From Botryllus schlosseri (taxonomy: Eukaryota): 64,000 nucleotides of DNA. The stretch lies in the NCBI GenBank assembly GCA_051294905.1, contig CM119371.1, positions 10,914,001-10,978,000 of the forward strand, read 5' to 3'. Below are positions 1-14,397 of the stretch, one piece after another. The notes under the pieces are model-generated. The model saw only the letters and a program-made list of their open reading frames with translations. It did not search any database and had not been told where the DNA came from. Each line of letters begins with the position of its first letter. The stretch's first letter is position 1. The position numbers and the translations under genes are program-made.

Positions 1-406
1 CTAAGAGATCTGTCGAGTACTTGGGACCTATCCTCTGGAATGCATTACCACCACATATCCGTGAATTGCCTTATAATAGATTCGAAAAAGACCTACTTGA
101 TCACCTCCTGTCGTTATACTATTAACACTGCCCTACCTCGCCCAGACATTGCTTCATTGATCATTTGCTACCATCGTTTAATTTTTATTCTATTTTCCTT
201 CATTAACTAAACATTTTTTATGGTCATACTGTTCAGAGTCAAGTGTACCTGTTTGATGCTGGTGTGATCTGACTAGATGACCTTCACGGTGTTATCGATC
301 ATTCCTATCTAATACCGAATACTGTGCATGCATATTTTCTGTACCACCATCACTGCCGTTTGTTATGTATTTTGGTTGGATGAAAATAAAGACTCTCTCT
401 CTCTCC
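1..406 (+). mobile_element. 3' end of a CR1/L2-group LINE (ORF2 C-terminus, 3' UTR and (CT)n tail)
   Basis: Frame from 3 to TAA at 123-125 reads KRSVEYLGPILWNALPPHIRELPYNRFEKDLLDHLLSLYY*, matching the S-x-x-Y-x-G-P-x-L-W-N-x-L-P ending of CR1/L2-type ORF2. The region ends in AATAAA plus a short (CT)n run at ~392-406. Confidence 0.75.
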
Positions 407-511
407 CCAACTACAAACAGTTGGTCCGAAAATTCGTATCTGCATATCGAAAACTTGGAACAATCATGAGCATATAAGTTCACTTCCTGTTCAGTCATGT
501 TTATATATTGT

Positions 512-1793
512 CAGAGGTGGTCAGTAACGAAGTACTTCTACTTTTTAGAAGTACTCAAGTAGTTTTCCTCTACTTCTGGTACTTACTCAAGTAGATCTAA
601 TTTTCTTTACTTCTACTTCTACTTCGTAAAATTTTGTGATCTACTTACTTACTTTTTGCTATTTTCAGTTTGTCAAGTAGAAGTAGTTTAATCCCCCAAT
701 ACGAAAGATAGCCTGTGGAATTTCGGGGCTGTGTTGCACGGAGTACCTACAATATTCATAAAAGTCAAGTAAAGCTCAGAAATTTTGTTGCGCTTCGCGC
801 GCAGTAGTTATGGAGTGACAAATATGTTTTCACAAAAGTATCAGTGAATATAATGTAGGTACCGGATTGCTTGGTTCCGCTCATACCGCATTGTCGCCCA
901 TATCAAATATTTCATCACAGTAAATATGGCCCACCATAACGTTTGAAACTACCGTTTCGCAATCTAGCAATTACCAATCATATCGTAATCTAACAGCCCA
1001 TATTACGTGTCTTGCTGATCCGGAAAATCCTGTTTTTTTGAACGTTACACCTGTTCAAGCAGATCACCTTTGAAGCTTTCAGGACAAATAACATCAAGTA
1101 TAGTTGCCGCTTTTTAAAAAGTGGTATATGCATTTCACTTTCAATTGCGAGTATCATACTTTGAGTTCTCATGAATTTCAGTTCTTTTGTCTGCAGAACA
1201 TACATGTTGAAGCATAAAAGCGAGTGCAGTAACGCCTCATTTTCCGGAAATAAAGCTACACTAAATATAATTTTTACCATCCACAATATTTGTTATTAAC
1301 GTATACTAATTGCGCAAAGTGATGAACCCGTATCCGATACAACTTATACGTATTGCTCTTCGCCTAAACTTGGGGCCTTATAATATGGGATAGGGCGCCA
1401 TGTCATGATATATTCTAAAACGAGGTCTTCTAGTAAACAAAGGGTTAGGATCGCATTTTCATATCAATACTATAATTTGCATCCCATGATGCGAAAAAAT
1501 GCTTATTCTGTCGAAAATTGATACCTCCTGGGATGCATCAATACGAATCAAGCACTCTGCACTTTCCGCATGGCTCAATTCGCAGCGTTTGACAGTCCTT
1601 GCAGATGAATTAAGACTGTTTTCAAAACTACCTACTTACTTGAGTAGATTTAAAGTCAGTCAATTCTACTTCTACTTTAAGTAGTTTTATGTGGCTTATT
1701 GAAAAAGTACTTCTACTCGTACTTGAGTAGATTTGTTCGTGGTTACTTCTACTTCTACTTGAGTAGCTTTGTTTACTACTTTGACCACCTCTG
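512..1793. mobile_element. Non-autonomous Tol2-like hAT element
   Basis: TIRs CAGAGGTGGTCA...TGACCACCTCTG; many TACTT/AAGTA subterminal repeats at both ends; flanks tatattgt/tatatttc (degraded 8-bp TSD). Confidence 0.8.
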
Positions 1794-3343
1794 TATATTT
1801 CCCGATCATCATGTTGATTAGCAAGGGGAGAGGTTCTAACAAGACATCAGAACAACCATTGAAAGATACCAGGGCAGATGAGATGACCATTGATCATATT
1901 ATGTCAGACTGTTGCCGGAACCTTTCGAGAAACTGCACTAAATAGCTTACAGGCAAAAATCATACAAAAAACAATTTCGATTTAAAATATAACAATAATA
2001 TTGTATTGCAACTGATTATTTCAAATTTACAATAGGTGGTTGACGTAAATCTGATTGAATTAATTTATAATCCAGCACATTTATATAAGCACTAATACTA
2101 GAATAAGTGGACGCTTGCATTTACATAAAACCGTAAGAGCCGGTCGTTCGCGTATACTGAGACGGAGCATATCCGTCCGAATATATCGTCAATATAGAAA
2201 TAGAAATCATAAAGCTTGCTTGTGTCTGATCTACCTACATTCGATTTATTCCCTGTAGAGCAGTCATGGCGATCATTCTAAATTCTAAATTTAACTCCTA
2301 AAATCGCACCAATCCTCAAATTGATAGTATCGGGTGAGAATGACGGATTCACTACAATCTCAATAGAGACGCAACAACTATACCAGTCATGACCCGCACA
2401 ACGACGTGTTGACTACAGCATATATGCATTTACAATGTAAGCTACATATACGTCTGAGTACATGGAAACGACATGCAGCGAGTCACACTTTTTTCCACAT
2501 TACGCAACAGAGTTGCGATCATTTATTGATAGTCTATGTATATATTTGTATCGAGGTGCTGATGACATTTTAACTAGGTCACCACAATTTAGTGTATGTG
2601 TAAAATTTCCGATATTTCTTGCTTTTGCAATGAAATAAAGACAACTTTTACGACATGTTATTGCTTATCGTGTGTTTGTAATATTGTTGTTTCGACATCA
2701 ATGCTAATTTCGCCCGATGCAGATATTCTTTCCTATGTTTCGTTAAATGCCAACTCATAACAAGGCATACTTTTGCTCTGGGCTTTTCTAAACCACCGCT
2801 TACGCGGATCGGGTGGCTATGAGAGAAAGCCTTAGAAAAACCAACAACACTTCGTTATTGATTGTGGTGTCCGTGGTATTTTTGTTGGAGTGCAATGTTC
2901 ATTTACGTCAGGCCGATATTCCGTATTTCTATTCAGCAGCTGCCGACTTGCAGCATGGTCCACCTCTAGGCTTCTTACGATGCCACTTACGCAGATCAAT
3001 TGGTAAAGCGGAGCCTAAATAAACCTTTAACACTTTAGTCAGGACACTGGAATCGTCCTGGGCCTATTGGTGTCGCCGCTAGGGATCACACAACTGCGCT
3101 ATTTTGCCATATAATTCTGAGGTCGTCCGAGGCTCCAACTCACTAAGCCATCAGGGAGGAGCATTTTAACAAAGATGAAAGTTTTGCATCTATTCGATGA
3201 ACTGGAGCCTCCGGGATCAATATGTAATACTCTTAAAACGATTTCTACCCCGAAGCATCTATGTCTCGGAAAAAGTACGCTGTATTCTGGGTAGGAGTGC
3301 TATGGGTAGTTCTTATATACACCTGGCTATCCAAGCACTAGAC

Positions 3344-3964
3344 CAGGGGTTCCCAATCTTTTGTACCGTCACGGACCCCCGCGGACACCCTAAAGTTTTA
3401 GTTCAAATTAAACTCAAATATCGCACCATCGTAATCTGTTTGGTGTGAATATCAAGTCTAGGCTAATAATAAACAGCAACAAAATAGCCTTTCTTGGTGC
3501 TGGGTGCCGGGTGGTGACGAATGTGATAGTAACGTGTAACGCTTCCGACGACACCTTTGCGTATGATCGCAACATATATGGCATCGAATTGAGAAGCATA
3601 TTTTTTAGGAGCCTATACCGTCCAGCGTAGTCATTTCTTTCCAGCAGCTAATCTTAAAGTTATGCTGGAATAGTGTTTGGATATATATCACAGGAGAGAA
3701 TGGAATTTTGCAAACCTTTCGAAGTCACGCCGCTTGACAGCTAAACAGCAATACGTTTGTATCAGTGGGCTATTAGGCAATCTGGCAATTAAAATGAGTT
3801 TGCACAACAGGATATTTCATCTCAGACGGTCGTTCTGTTGATATGAGACCTGAAGTTTTGAAGCGAACATGCATCGCGATATCCCTGACTGAAAGAAATT
3901 CGAATTGGCTTTCGACCATTATGCCAATTTAGAGGTTCCGCGGGCCCCCGATTAAGAACCACTG
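3344..3964. mobile_element. hAT MITE (same family as 16272 and 17069)
   Basis: CAGGGGTTCCCAAT...ATTAAGAACCACTG ends; TSD cactagac/tactagac. Confidence 0.75.
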
Positions 3965-4300
3965 TACTAGACGTTTTTGTACCCAACAACTTATTCGACC
4001 GAAAATGGCTATAGTGCACTGTAATTGAAGTTTCTAATGAGATTCTTGATGGCCTAAACCGTAGCCTACTTGTTGCGCGTCTGAACAAAATAATGTTACG
4101 CCTCTTTATTTTCTTTCGGTAGAACAATTTTCGGCAGGTTAGTGTGGATGGATTTTATTTGCAAAATAGAGCGGATGGTACCCGAAAAGGTTGGAAATCA
4201 CTGATACATAGTAGCCTATACCAATTGATTGCATTCCATTTGAAGCGTTACCGAGACTGTTGCAGTCGCACGATCGCACCTGTATGTATGTAGTATCGTC

Positions 4301-4910
4301 CGGTATCCCAATAAAAAGACAATGTTACATTGTCAATCAGCTGATATCCGATGAGTAAACGATCAAAAGATTCAAATACCCTTCCGTTAAGACCTATTCG
4401 ATAATATTATTTGAAGCGGGCTATGCCTGAATAAATCGCGTTTACTGCGGAATATTGCTTACAGTATCGACCGTTGCAAGTTGCGTCTGCAGATACGTGT
4501 TCACTGATCTCACTCAAATGTGATTACTTCTCTCAGAATGAGGTGTATTGTCATCGACATTCCAGATGAAAGTAGATGCCATATCACACAACCTCATATC
4601 ATTCCTCTGAAGCAACTTCGTGTTATCGCATACTCGCAGTTGAGACTATGATGACGGAGTAATCCAATTCACTACGAAATCATAAATCCTATATCTACGA
4701 AATAGCACTAATCCCAATAAATTGCTATACAATATCTCAGCTACTTCGGGCATAGCAACCATTTAAACCTACTTAAACATTAGTTCACTCGTACATAGTC
4801 CTACATCCGTAATGCCATGACAGAACGGTCTCGACTATAGCAAACTGATTTCCGCGCTTTGTTCCTTGCTATCGACTAATCGTGCTACTCGCTGGCCTTG
4901 TAGTGTCTAG
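4301..4910. repeat. Dispersed ~600-bp repeat of unknown class, copy 1
   Basis: Colinear, diverged match to 32869-33429 (shared blocks such as gatctcactcaaatgtg, acttctctcagaatgag, taatccaattcacta, ttccgcgctttgt). Confidence 0.7.
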
Positions 4911-5813
4911 ATATACTATTTCCTGGTTGTTCAACTTCTCCAAGAATATGGTAAGTTCTTAGGATTGTTTGTTACGGTCTTGAAGTGGAATGTTCACTTA
5001 CCAACTGGTTTACTGATATAACGGTTATGTTTTACAGCAGTGACGAAAACATGTCGTATGGAGCGTGCAAAAATATGTTGATATCAAAACATACCAACTG
5101 GCGTGTCAAACTTTTTTCGTAATCATAATTTCAATCGAGGAATTTCCTGAACCGCTTATCTGAAATTGGCAATGAAATCGGGTAAATCAATGGATGACGC
5201 ACCTGGCCTTACAGGCGAAAAGCGTCACTCATCTTTTCATCAATAATAATAATAATAAAGTATGGATTGCGACGGGTATAAATTTGAGTCGGTACTGCAC
5301 CAGAGCTATAATTTGCTTAATTTCTTGCAAAGATATATGCCGGCTCTTAACAGCCACACTCCCACACACCAGATCAGGGTTGTCAAACTTCCCGCGCACC
5401 AAGCGATTTCATCCGGCCCGCCAAGCAATTCTGAGATGGTGGCATTATCCAACACATTGTCAACAAAAGTTGAAATTTACTTGTTACATATTTTTATTTA
5501 ATAATCTCTCAAGACATCAAAAGTCGAACATGCTCATAGGCTACATTATAACTATTCGACTACGGCATGGGTCACCAAAACGCGGTCCGCGAGGTCCCAT
5601 TTTGCGGCCGCGACCTCATTTTGAAAATTCCGAAGAACGCTAGTAAAGCATTTTGGAATGCTGAATTTGATTTCAGTTTACACATATTGTTGTTGTTCAA
5701 AGTAAGCTATTCTCCTGTTTCCAATATCACTATTACTCACCGGTAGATACGGCTTCGGCGATGATAATATCATTCCATGGAGGAATGGATGGTTGGCATC
5801 AATGGGCATATAA

Positions 5814-6691
5814 CAGTGGTCGGGAACCTTTTTCGTATGAAGAGCCATGTTGGCCCTATATTTCCCATTTTAACTTAGATAGAGCCTTACATTTCAATCA
5901 ATTGTTACGTCACAATTGAAAATTCGTGACGTCATAGCACTACCAATTCGAACTGACTATATGGGATTTCATTGTGGGAGCAATATTTTCTCTCTAGAAA
6001 CTCATAGGTTACTAATCATCTTGGGATGGCGCAATTCATCGTAAACAGCTCAGAATTTATATTTAACTGTGAATAATCTAAAAAGACAGTAGTACTGTTT
6101 ATGAAAATCTAAATATTGATCGACTTCTCAATTCCTGAAGTATTCGGTGGTAATATAAACGTTGCACCACACGCAATCACGCATAGGCTATATATTTCAA
6201 CGGCAGTAAGACTACTCAGTACTCACACATGAAGAACGTGGATGGCGAATCGTTTTTGTAATTTGGATTTGTAATTGGAATGTCACTTCCAAGGCAGTTC
6301 GTCTCTCGGCATAGATCGGGAAGACAATGTGTATTTCAAAACTAGATCGTCATATAGGCTATTCTCTTTGACCAACTAACGTATGGTGCAATGCAGGATT
6401 ACGCAGCGCGCGATGTCGGATACGTCGAATTTGCGCTCGCAATTTACATTTCAGGATTTTGTAAAGGGATCCGAGCCCCTAACCCTGGATACGCCACTGT
6501 CTTGACCTCTCAAATACGTGTTCCTGCTCATGCTGCCACGAATATAATTATTATGGCCATTGTGAAAATTTACTAACAAGTTGCTGCAATATCGATAACA
6601 TTAAATACAAAATTGAAAATATGCCAAAAAGCCATATCTTACTCCCAAAAGAGCCACATATGGCTCGCAAGCCATAGGTTCCCGACCACTG
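5814..6691. mobile_element. hAT MITE family A, copy 1
   Basis: TIR CAGTGGTCGGGAACC...GGTTCCCGACCACTG; TSD gcatataa/gcatatag; internal sequence matches 46662-47530 and 48013-49338. Confidence 0.88.
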
Positions 6692-9600
6692 GCATATAGC
6701 CTTGATTGCAATGGTCCAACACTGCCAAAGCCGGAACGGTTGGAAAGCGACTTCCGGCTCCCCAAAAGACCAAGCATTACGAGGAGATAGTTTTCCCGAA
6801 AGTGCCGTGTCTAGCCAACCCCAATATCTAATATTTGGTCCAGGCTTTGATTAAGAAGATCCAAGGGTTGCTAATCCGCGGCTGTAGAAGGAAACACTTA
6901 ATTCGATTATGATGTGGTGATTTTACGCGAACTGACTTCCTATGAGAGGTTTGAATTATTCTTTAAAATATTTTCGCGCTATGGGATGAGAGGGGATAGT
7001 AATATGTGAAACTATACTAATATTTGTGACGAAATTCACTCATGAATATGGACGAATTTTCGCGCTTGACGGAACTAGTAGACGAATCTCCGTTGCTACT
7101 CATAACATGACTCTTCACGATTTTGGTGCGCATAGTAAACCGATAAATTTGAGTAAATAGATTAGTCAGGAGTTCACAGGCAATGGACATGGACAATTTA
7201 GCGTTGATATTTTGCCTCGGGTTAGTTCATTACGACTATGCACTGGAATGCGGCTCTAGGCTACATAAGTATCTGAAATGCTGCCGTGAATAGAGTAAGA
7301 AGGTTGACCACGCCTTCTTTAGTTTCAGAAGAGAGTTGTCAGCTATCAGCTATCATAGTTCGAAATAAAATGAATGTCTCCAAACAATATTGTTTCTTTG
7401 TGGTAACTCTGCCCGTCGCCCATGTTAGATAGCACAGCGTTATACCGACGTCAAGTGGTTGTTAAACTGCGTTGCCTATTGTTATCTCGATATTGAATTC
7501 ATGAGTCCCGCAGCCTCAAGGAATTTTGAAAAGTAGCCCGGCGATGCGTTTTGGGTTGGCCACTCCTGATTCATGAGAAGAAGTCATGTATTGTTGTTTC
7601 AAAAAGTAGGTTTGGTCGAGGGTCGCATATTTTAAGTAGATGGTTTGAAGAGGCTACTTCCGATGGTGAAAGCTCGATCTTCGTAACAAACGCAAAAGGC
7701 CTAATGACACTACATATATAGATAGAATCGTTGAAACTTTATTCAGTTAACGTAATACACGGGTTAATTCATGCGGCTCTTATGGCAATTACGCTGGTAA
7801 AATGATATTAAATTATCGCAAAACTATTGTCTGCATTGCAAACTCCAAATTCTCGAAGACGTAGATTTTCCTTCAGACTGTTCAAGTGGCAATTGGAGTC
7901 GACTAGTTTAAAACATACTGACTGGATTAAGTAAAGCGTAAGTGGAAACAACCCACTTGGGTACTCCTGAATGTCTGCGGGTGCACAGTAAATGTAGCAA
8001 CTGCATCTTTGTAATGGAATGACTTCCCCACAGATGTCGTCGAAAAAAATGAACTCATCAAATATTTGATTCACGAATCAAACGCGATAATCTTAAAACA
8101 TTGTCTCTAAGGTTAGTGAGCAAATGGTCGATTCCCTAGCTAGCCATAGTTCCTTGGCGGTAAACTGTCTACTTGCACATCTAGTTACAACAGGACGTAA
8201 TAACGATGGTCGATGTAGCCCTTGTCAGCAACAAGAAGCCGTTGAAAAATTCTTTATTTATTGCTAAGTAAAAGTAGCCTACGTGAGATGTGCAGCAACA
8301 CAGAAACGCGTTCCACTTTCCATGGACAGGTTTCTGACTCACCCCGCTATTACGGTTGCTACGGCAATTGAATTTCGTCTGCTCAAAGGAAGTGGTATTT
8401 AAGGTAGCAATATATATAATAGTCATATATTGCCTAAGACTGCCTCTATAAAGAATCATTTTAGCAATCCAACAACAACAACAATCCACAGACATTTACT
8501 TTTACTGATTACTTTTACTGATAGCGCACGGGATGTTCGTTGCAATTGTTACACAGTGAGTATATACTATCAATCCATGTATTAGTAAATATTGATTTCC
8601 AACAAATTTTCATGAAATGCATATTTCACAGCCAAGGTCTCTCACTCATTATCATTTTTCATTAATCAACGATGATGTAGTACGCTAGGTTATAGTAAAA
8701 AATATTTCAGTTAAATACGCTCGAAGATGCGATTAATATAAATACGAAGTCAGCTTTACTTAACGAACCTACAATCGTTTCCCATGCAATATATATTATC
8801 CCAATTTGGATTGTAGCATGAGGTGTATTAGAGCATGTTGTCCGTCTTTTTCAAGCTATCAAACTGCCAGTCTTATTGTAAGCAAGGAACGAACATTCAG
8901 CCCGTCGTTTATAATGTTACAGCTCTCGTATCCATAATTGTAGTGATAAGAAGCAGTTGAATGTCATCATCTTACTTTAAGACTGGATGGAATACAGTTG
9001 TACACAAAATGATAGTCTTTATAATAACAACGATGTCACTGCACTGAAACTAAGTATCATTTTCATTGTTTCAGGACGGAGTTAAGGACTACTGTCATAC
9101 GACATGACAGGGGAAACCAGATCTACTGAATATAAACGCATTTATATCAATTTAAAGCAGGCGAAGCTCCCTGCGATTTTCATTAAGTATCCACATGATA
9201 TGCTCCTTTCTACATCCTCTGTCATATGACACTTACATTATACCTGGCTACATATTGTGCTGTACTTTCTCCTAACATGACCTTGGCAATTAGCGTACTT
9301 CGTCCAACAGCTTATCCAGAAAAAGGCTAGCTCAGCAACAATTCCATCTGTTCGGTCACAATTACTCAGAGAAATGTCCACACAGCTATGCATAGCTTAT
9401 GGATTTTTTGTTGAATATAAATCAAATATATTTAATGACTTACGCATCCGGCCATATTCACCGCACATAAACACAATCAAATGGTGTGGCTTCGTAACAG
9501 ACTATCAGCTGATATTGTATTCGATGAATCCTCCATTAATATGCCGCTTGGCGTGAGCCCATGAAAAAGATAACGTTTCTATGAACTCGGAATAAAAAAA

Positions 9601-10190
9601 TAAATTGAAACTTGCGTAGCTCTCTAGATTGTTCAATGCTGATGCTCATTGTTTGTGCATGCTTCATTTTATATTAGTGTAAATCATTGTTTCATGTCTG
9701 GTTTGCCCAACCCCGTGATTATCAACCTCAGCAATGTACATGGTATTTACCCATCATAGATGCAGTGGCACATATCCTAACACATAAATGGGTGACTACA
9801 TCAGTCATGCTTCAAAGTACAATCTAATATGATAGCTTTTACATAAGTCTGTTGATATCATTGGTAGAAGTGATGGCCACGAGAGGTCAAAGACGCCACG
9901 TGCAAGTGGCACTATCCTTGCCACCTCGAATTACACGGATATCACCATGTGGATGAATTAATGAAAATGAAAACTAGTTGCTGACGATTACCCCTGACGA
10001 GTGTCAGCCGAAAATATTCGGGTTCATTTGAATATGAATATACTATTTAATTGTATATTGAAGTTCTGTACCTCTAAGAAGCTCTTCAAATATACTGCAT
10101 ATGTAAATTAATTTTGTGGGTCATTGTACGGAATTTACATTCCGAGAATTCGACGTTTATTATTTGCTTTCATTGTCAATCTTAGGATCG

Positions 10191-10408
10191 CTACCACCAG
10201 TTAAAGCCTACACAATCGTATGTACCATTGCCAGCCGGGAGTTGAACATGAATGCGCTAACGTGAATAATTAGGTAGTTCATTATGTTGATCACTGTCGC
10301 ATATGGAACGTTAGTGTGACTGGTGTCGATGGTCTCCTGCTCAATTTTGAGGCCTGTAAAGCTCAACTCGCGAAAATGTCCCACATTCACATAATCGGTA
10401 AGGCAAGA
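10191..10408 (-). pseudogene. Degraded cytoplasmic-tail remnant of a Tyr-motif receptor
   Basis: Minus strand reads TDYVNVGHFRELSFTGLKIEQETIDTSHTNVPYATV, then with a frameshift DQHNELPNYSR*RIHVQLPAGNGTYDCVGFNWW*. Four spaced Tyr motifs, as in the intact tails in this window. Confidence 0.35.
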
Positions 10409-10762
10409 TCAAATACCAATTCAGTGCGCTTTTTCAAGTGGTCAATGCATGATGTACTGCATTGTTTTATAATACGGGTAAACCTATCGATATGATGGTG
10501 AAATGTATGTGCATTGTACAATTTTGCAATCAATTAAAAGCCGTATTTACGTGCTCAACGAGCAGCCTCCGACTCGCACAGTTTGGCCGCCATCATGGTA
10601 CATCTACAGAAAATAGTGCAGTATTCAGTTAGCTACCAAATATCCACCACTACTACTTCGATCTTCCGCGGCTATCGGAAGTAATCATGACATTTGAAAC
10701 CCTGCCCATAGCTGTTACCATATTTGCCATGATTAATAGCGAAATAATCGCCACCACTCAAT

Positions 10763-11582
10763 CAGTGTTAGGAAGAGTCGGGTCGCCTTTTCGTAAGAGT
10801 TGACTTGACTCGAATCACTTTGCAAAAATTACTTGACTGGACACGACGTTTCAGAAATGCGGATTGATTCGTGACTCAAAGCAAATTTTACCAGTCAATT
10901 TCAAGTCACCTATAGTAATCGATGTCGATTAAATCGCTGTATCTCGTATAAGTTCGGAATGCTCAATAATTGTGCGTTTTACCGAGCCTTCATTGTTATA
11001 TCACAAATAAATGATCACGAACGCAGTGATCGGAACTTACAGCTTACGTTGTAAACTTGCTCACCTTAACCTACCCTCTTGTACGGTTTAAATCGAACGA
11101 ACATAGTTTGTACGTTTTCAATTGTATAATGTAAATCATGGATATGTAGGTTGGTAGGGTATTTTACCATATCATTTTTTGAACTATCTGACGTTTCGTA
11201 TGTTATCCTGAAGTTTGGCAGATAATTATAGACTGACGCTATACCGTTATCCTTATGTCGTTTAGCAGTTCAACGTATGCATGAGTGCTACAGCGCGTTT
11301 TTGCGTGCACAATCAACGTTTTATTCGGTATTCGTTTAAAAATAAATGGGGACTTAATGTGTATTTAAAGCAGTTGGCAAAATGCAATGACTTTAAATCA
11401 TATATCGTACATTAAAAATTCCGCGTGACTTGACTGGTGACTTGACTCGTGACTTAGCTTGAATTTACTCGAATTGACTCGATTCACCTTTGAAAATCGA
11501 GTGCTTGACTTGACTCGAGTCAAAATGTGCAATGACTCGAGATGACTTGTGACTCGAAGGCAGTGACTTGATCCCAACACTG
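10763..11582. mobile_element. hAT-like non-autonomous element with GACTC/GACTT subterminal repeats
   Basis: CAGTGTTAGGA...TCCCAACACTG ends; dense gactcgagtc-type repeats; related fragments at ~39190-39650 and ~51350-51570; no TSD seen. Confidence 0.65.
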
Positions 11583-13266
11583 ACATATAGTGTATTTCGT
11601 TCTTGATGTTGTGTAATAACGGGTCAAGCTCGCAGTAGAGAGTCACTAAATTTTCACAAACGGAAAGCTGAATATTTCGAGCAAATTCTTGTAACAAAGC
11701 AACTAAAATTTTTTAGATTGTCAATGCGCATACTCGTTTAGTGTTGATTTATTACGATGTCAGCGACCTGCATAGAATGGTCCGAAGTTGAAATGCTAAG
11801 AATTTCAACGAAAGATGTTATAATGTCGTGAAAATTTGAAATTTATGACAAAGGTTGACAGTGCAGAACCTACCAAGGTTTGTTTGTGAACTTGAACATC
11901 CAAATTTCTGGGGTTCACATACAGAACGCGAACGTTAACCTCACTTTCACACCATCCCTATTAATTACCGCCACCCTAATATCGCAATGGTCGCTTCGTG
12001 CATCAACACTCGGCGGATTTGCTATAATGTATCTCATCCAAAGGTGCGCTAGTAGGGCTAGGAAAGGACTTGTTCCTTAAAACTAAAATTTTGCTGGCCT
12101 TTTCAATGATACCTGATGTTCTTATACTATAGCAAAAATATCGCAACAAGATTGCGAAGACGTGTGAAACGGCGGCCTCAAAATATGATATTTGCGTATT
12201 TCAGTTCATTATGCAAATTCCAAGACTGGTTTGAGATGTAAATCAGAGTATAAATCCAAATCAATAATTTATATCGTATCATTCCCGAGTAATAGTCCTA
12301 ACTCTTAGCCTTACTCTAGCCCCAAACATAACCACAACTTGAGCTATCCCTCTAACCTCCCCTCAATCCAACCCTAACACCTAGTCAACAAAAGTCTGTA
12401 TGTTCAATGCCGAACCAGGTGAAGATGGTGCAGGAGAGAACTAAATGTACCTGTTTCAACACTACAGTGAGTTGGCACCTTTGATGTACAAAAACTGATC
12501 GCTCTCGAATCCAAAAGATCAATTGTTCTTCTTTACATCGCCGGCCGGAAATATTGGTGTCAGCGTTAACGAACCAGATCGTGCATGATTTTCACAAGGC
12601 TTCACTGTGCTCGTCTCAATAAAGGGAATAGTTGTATAAAACTTGACCCGGAAAGAATTTCTATTCGTATTTCGACTGAAATCAATGTGCCGTTTTATGC
12701 ATTTTATATCACTGCAGTATGTCTGTATCTGACCGATCGTTTGTATGTATGCTCGTGATGGATTTTTATTATAAGTAACAAGATAATCAAAACATATTGC
12801 CAAATTCTGATAGCTTGCAACATAAAGGTTAATAAGTCTGTCAGAAAGTAAGAATGATTCAGTTAGCGATAGAGTTAATAGCGATCGTAGGCTGCAGTAG
12901 CGAGAGGGTTAATGCGCGGCAAAAAAGGGTTAATGAATCTACAGCTGCAGTGTGAAAATTCTATCTTTTGAAGCTTCATTTTGCCCCCGAAAGCGTATAA
13001 TACGCCGGGCGATCGCTTCCTATTTTGTTGACTGGACACTGGACAGGTTCAAGTGTCGCATGCTATCGTGTCGTATACCCGGTATCGCATCTACCTTTCA
13101 ATTCTCTCGAATGTAGCATTTAAATTAAAATATACAAGCAAACACTATCTCTTTGAATTCAAAACCTGACATGGTTTCACAAGCAGTCTGTATAAAATCG
13201 GATAGAGAATGTTTCCCAACAGGTGGGTCGCTAAGCGTTCAGGTGGGTATCAGATAATTTCTAGAT

Positions 13267-14397
13267 CAGAGGTCTCAAACACGCGGCCCGCGGGCCGCAT
13301 GCGCCCTGCCATAGCATTTTGTGCGGCCCGCGACGACATTTTAGATTTTTATTAATTTGACGATATATAAGTGTCACACATATCTTTTCAGGTTATAAAG
13401 TGAAAATTTCCTCTAAAACTGCTTCGAAAGCCTTAACTATTCATCAAACGTCTCTATCACATCAATTGCAAACGTCACCATGCAGTGGAAGATTCACTAT
13501 TTCGCCACATTTTCAATTCATGATGACAAAACCTGACCCTTAGACGATTCGTGTTGAAATTTGTGAGTTGGATTTGGGCGCGACCTTTCTTAGAATCACT
13601 CAGACTCGGGCTAACTCGATGGGAAAATGAAAGTAACTTTGACGCAACAAATAGTAATAGATCAGAAGGTCGCCGCTTGGTATTTCGCTAACTATTAAGC
13701 AAGTAGTTATGGCAACCATCGGCAATCTGTTAGTTAGATCTTCGGTCGCTAAACCATATGTTACTAGGGCCACTTAAAGATTCCGAGTACCGTAGTGGTA
13801 CGCTCCAACGATGTAACAGCAATACGTCGTCCGGTGTTCCGACATTTCAATCACTAGGACAGATTCATTAACATATTTATATTTTTTCGGCTCCTATATT
13901 TGAAGATATTTTGCCATGAGATTATTAGCCTACTTATCAGAAGTATACCCGAATCCTGGATTGGAATTACAATGCTCAACTTGAAAATGTTTTGATATCA
14001 GATCAGTCTCTATTATTAATCTGACAAATTCAAAATACTCATAATAGCTGAAAAATTATAACCCGATAGCTTTTATGATGGCATCATACATTTTTCCACC
14101 CATATGGTGTCTATATTTTATAATTAATCTATATCAAGTACAACAATAATTCTATTCAAATAGTTATAAATGTTATGATTCTTTTCGTGCCAGTCCTAAA
14201 TTGATACAGGAGTAAATCACATTTGGACGGTGTGTGTTTACTGTCAGTCTGCTGGATCGGCTCACTTTCATTAGGACAATTCATTGGCGACAAATAAGGC
14301 CTACTTGGAAAGACATAGAATACCCCTATAAATGCTGCGGCCCGCGGCGTCGTCAAAACTGGAAAACTGGCCCGCGAGCACATTTGAGTTTGAGACC
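13267..14397. mobile_element. hAT (Charlie/Buster-like) MITE
   Basis: CAGAGGTCTCAAACACGCGGCCCGCGGGCCGC at the start, GGCCCGCG...GTTTGAGACC at the end; right terminus degraded. Confidence 0.65.

Noticed and set aside
5194..5643. 149-aa plus-strand ORF
   Set aside because: No domain or splice support, and it runs into a MITE end.
10640..11670. Possible SUEL N-half fragments (SVCENLVTLYCE; AINHGKYG) either side of the 10763-11582 element
   Set aside because: Too short and ambiguous (an alternative frame looks TM-like); cannot be supported without a profile search.
12290..12380. Degenerate CCCTAA-like repeats
   Set aside because: Short and imperfect; not a telomeric array.
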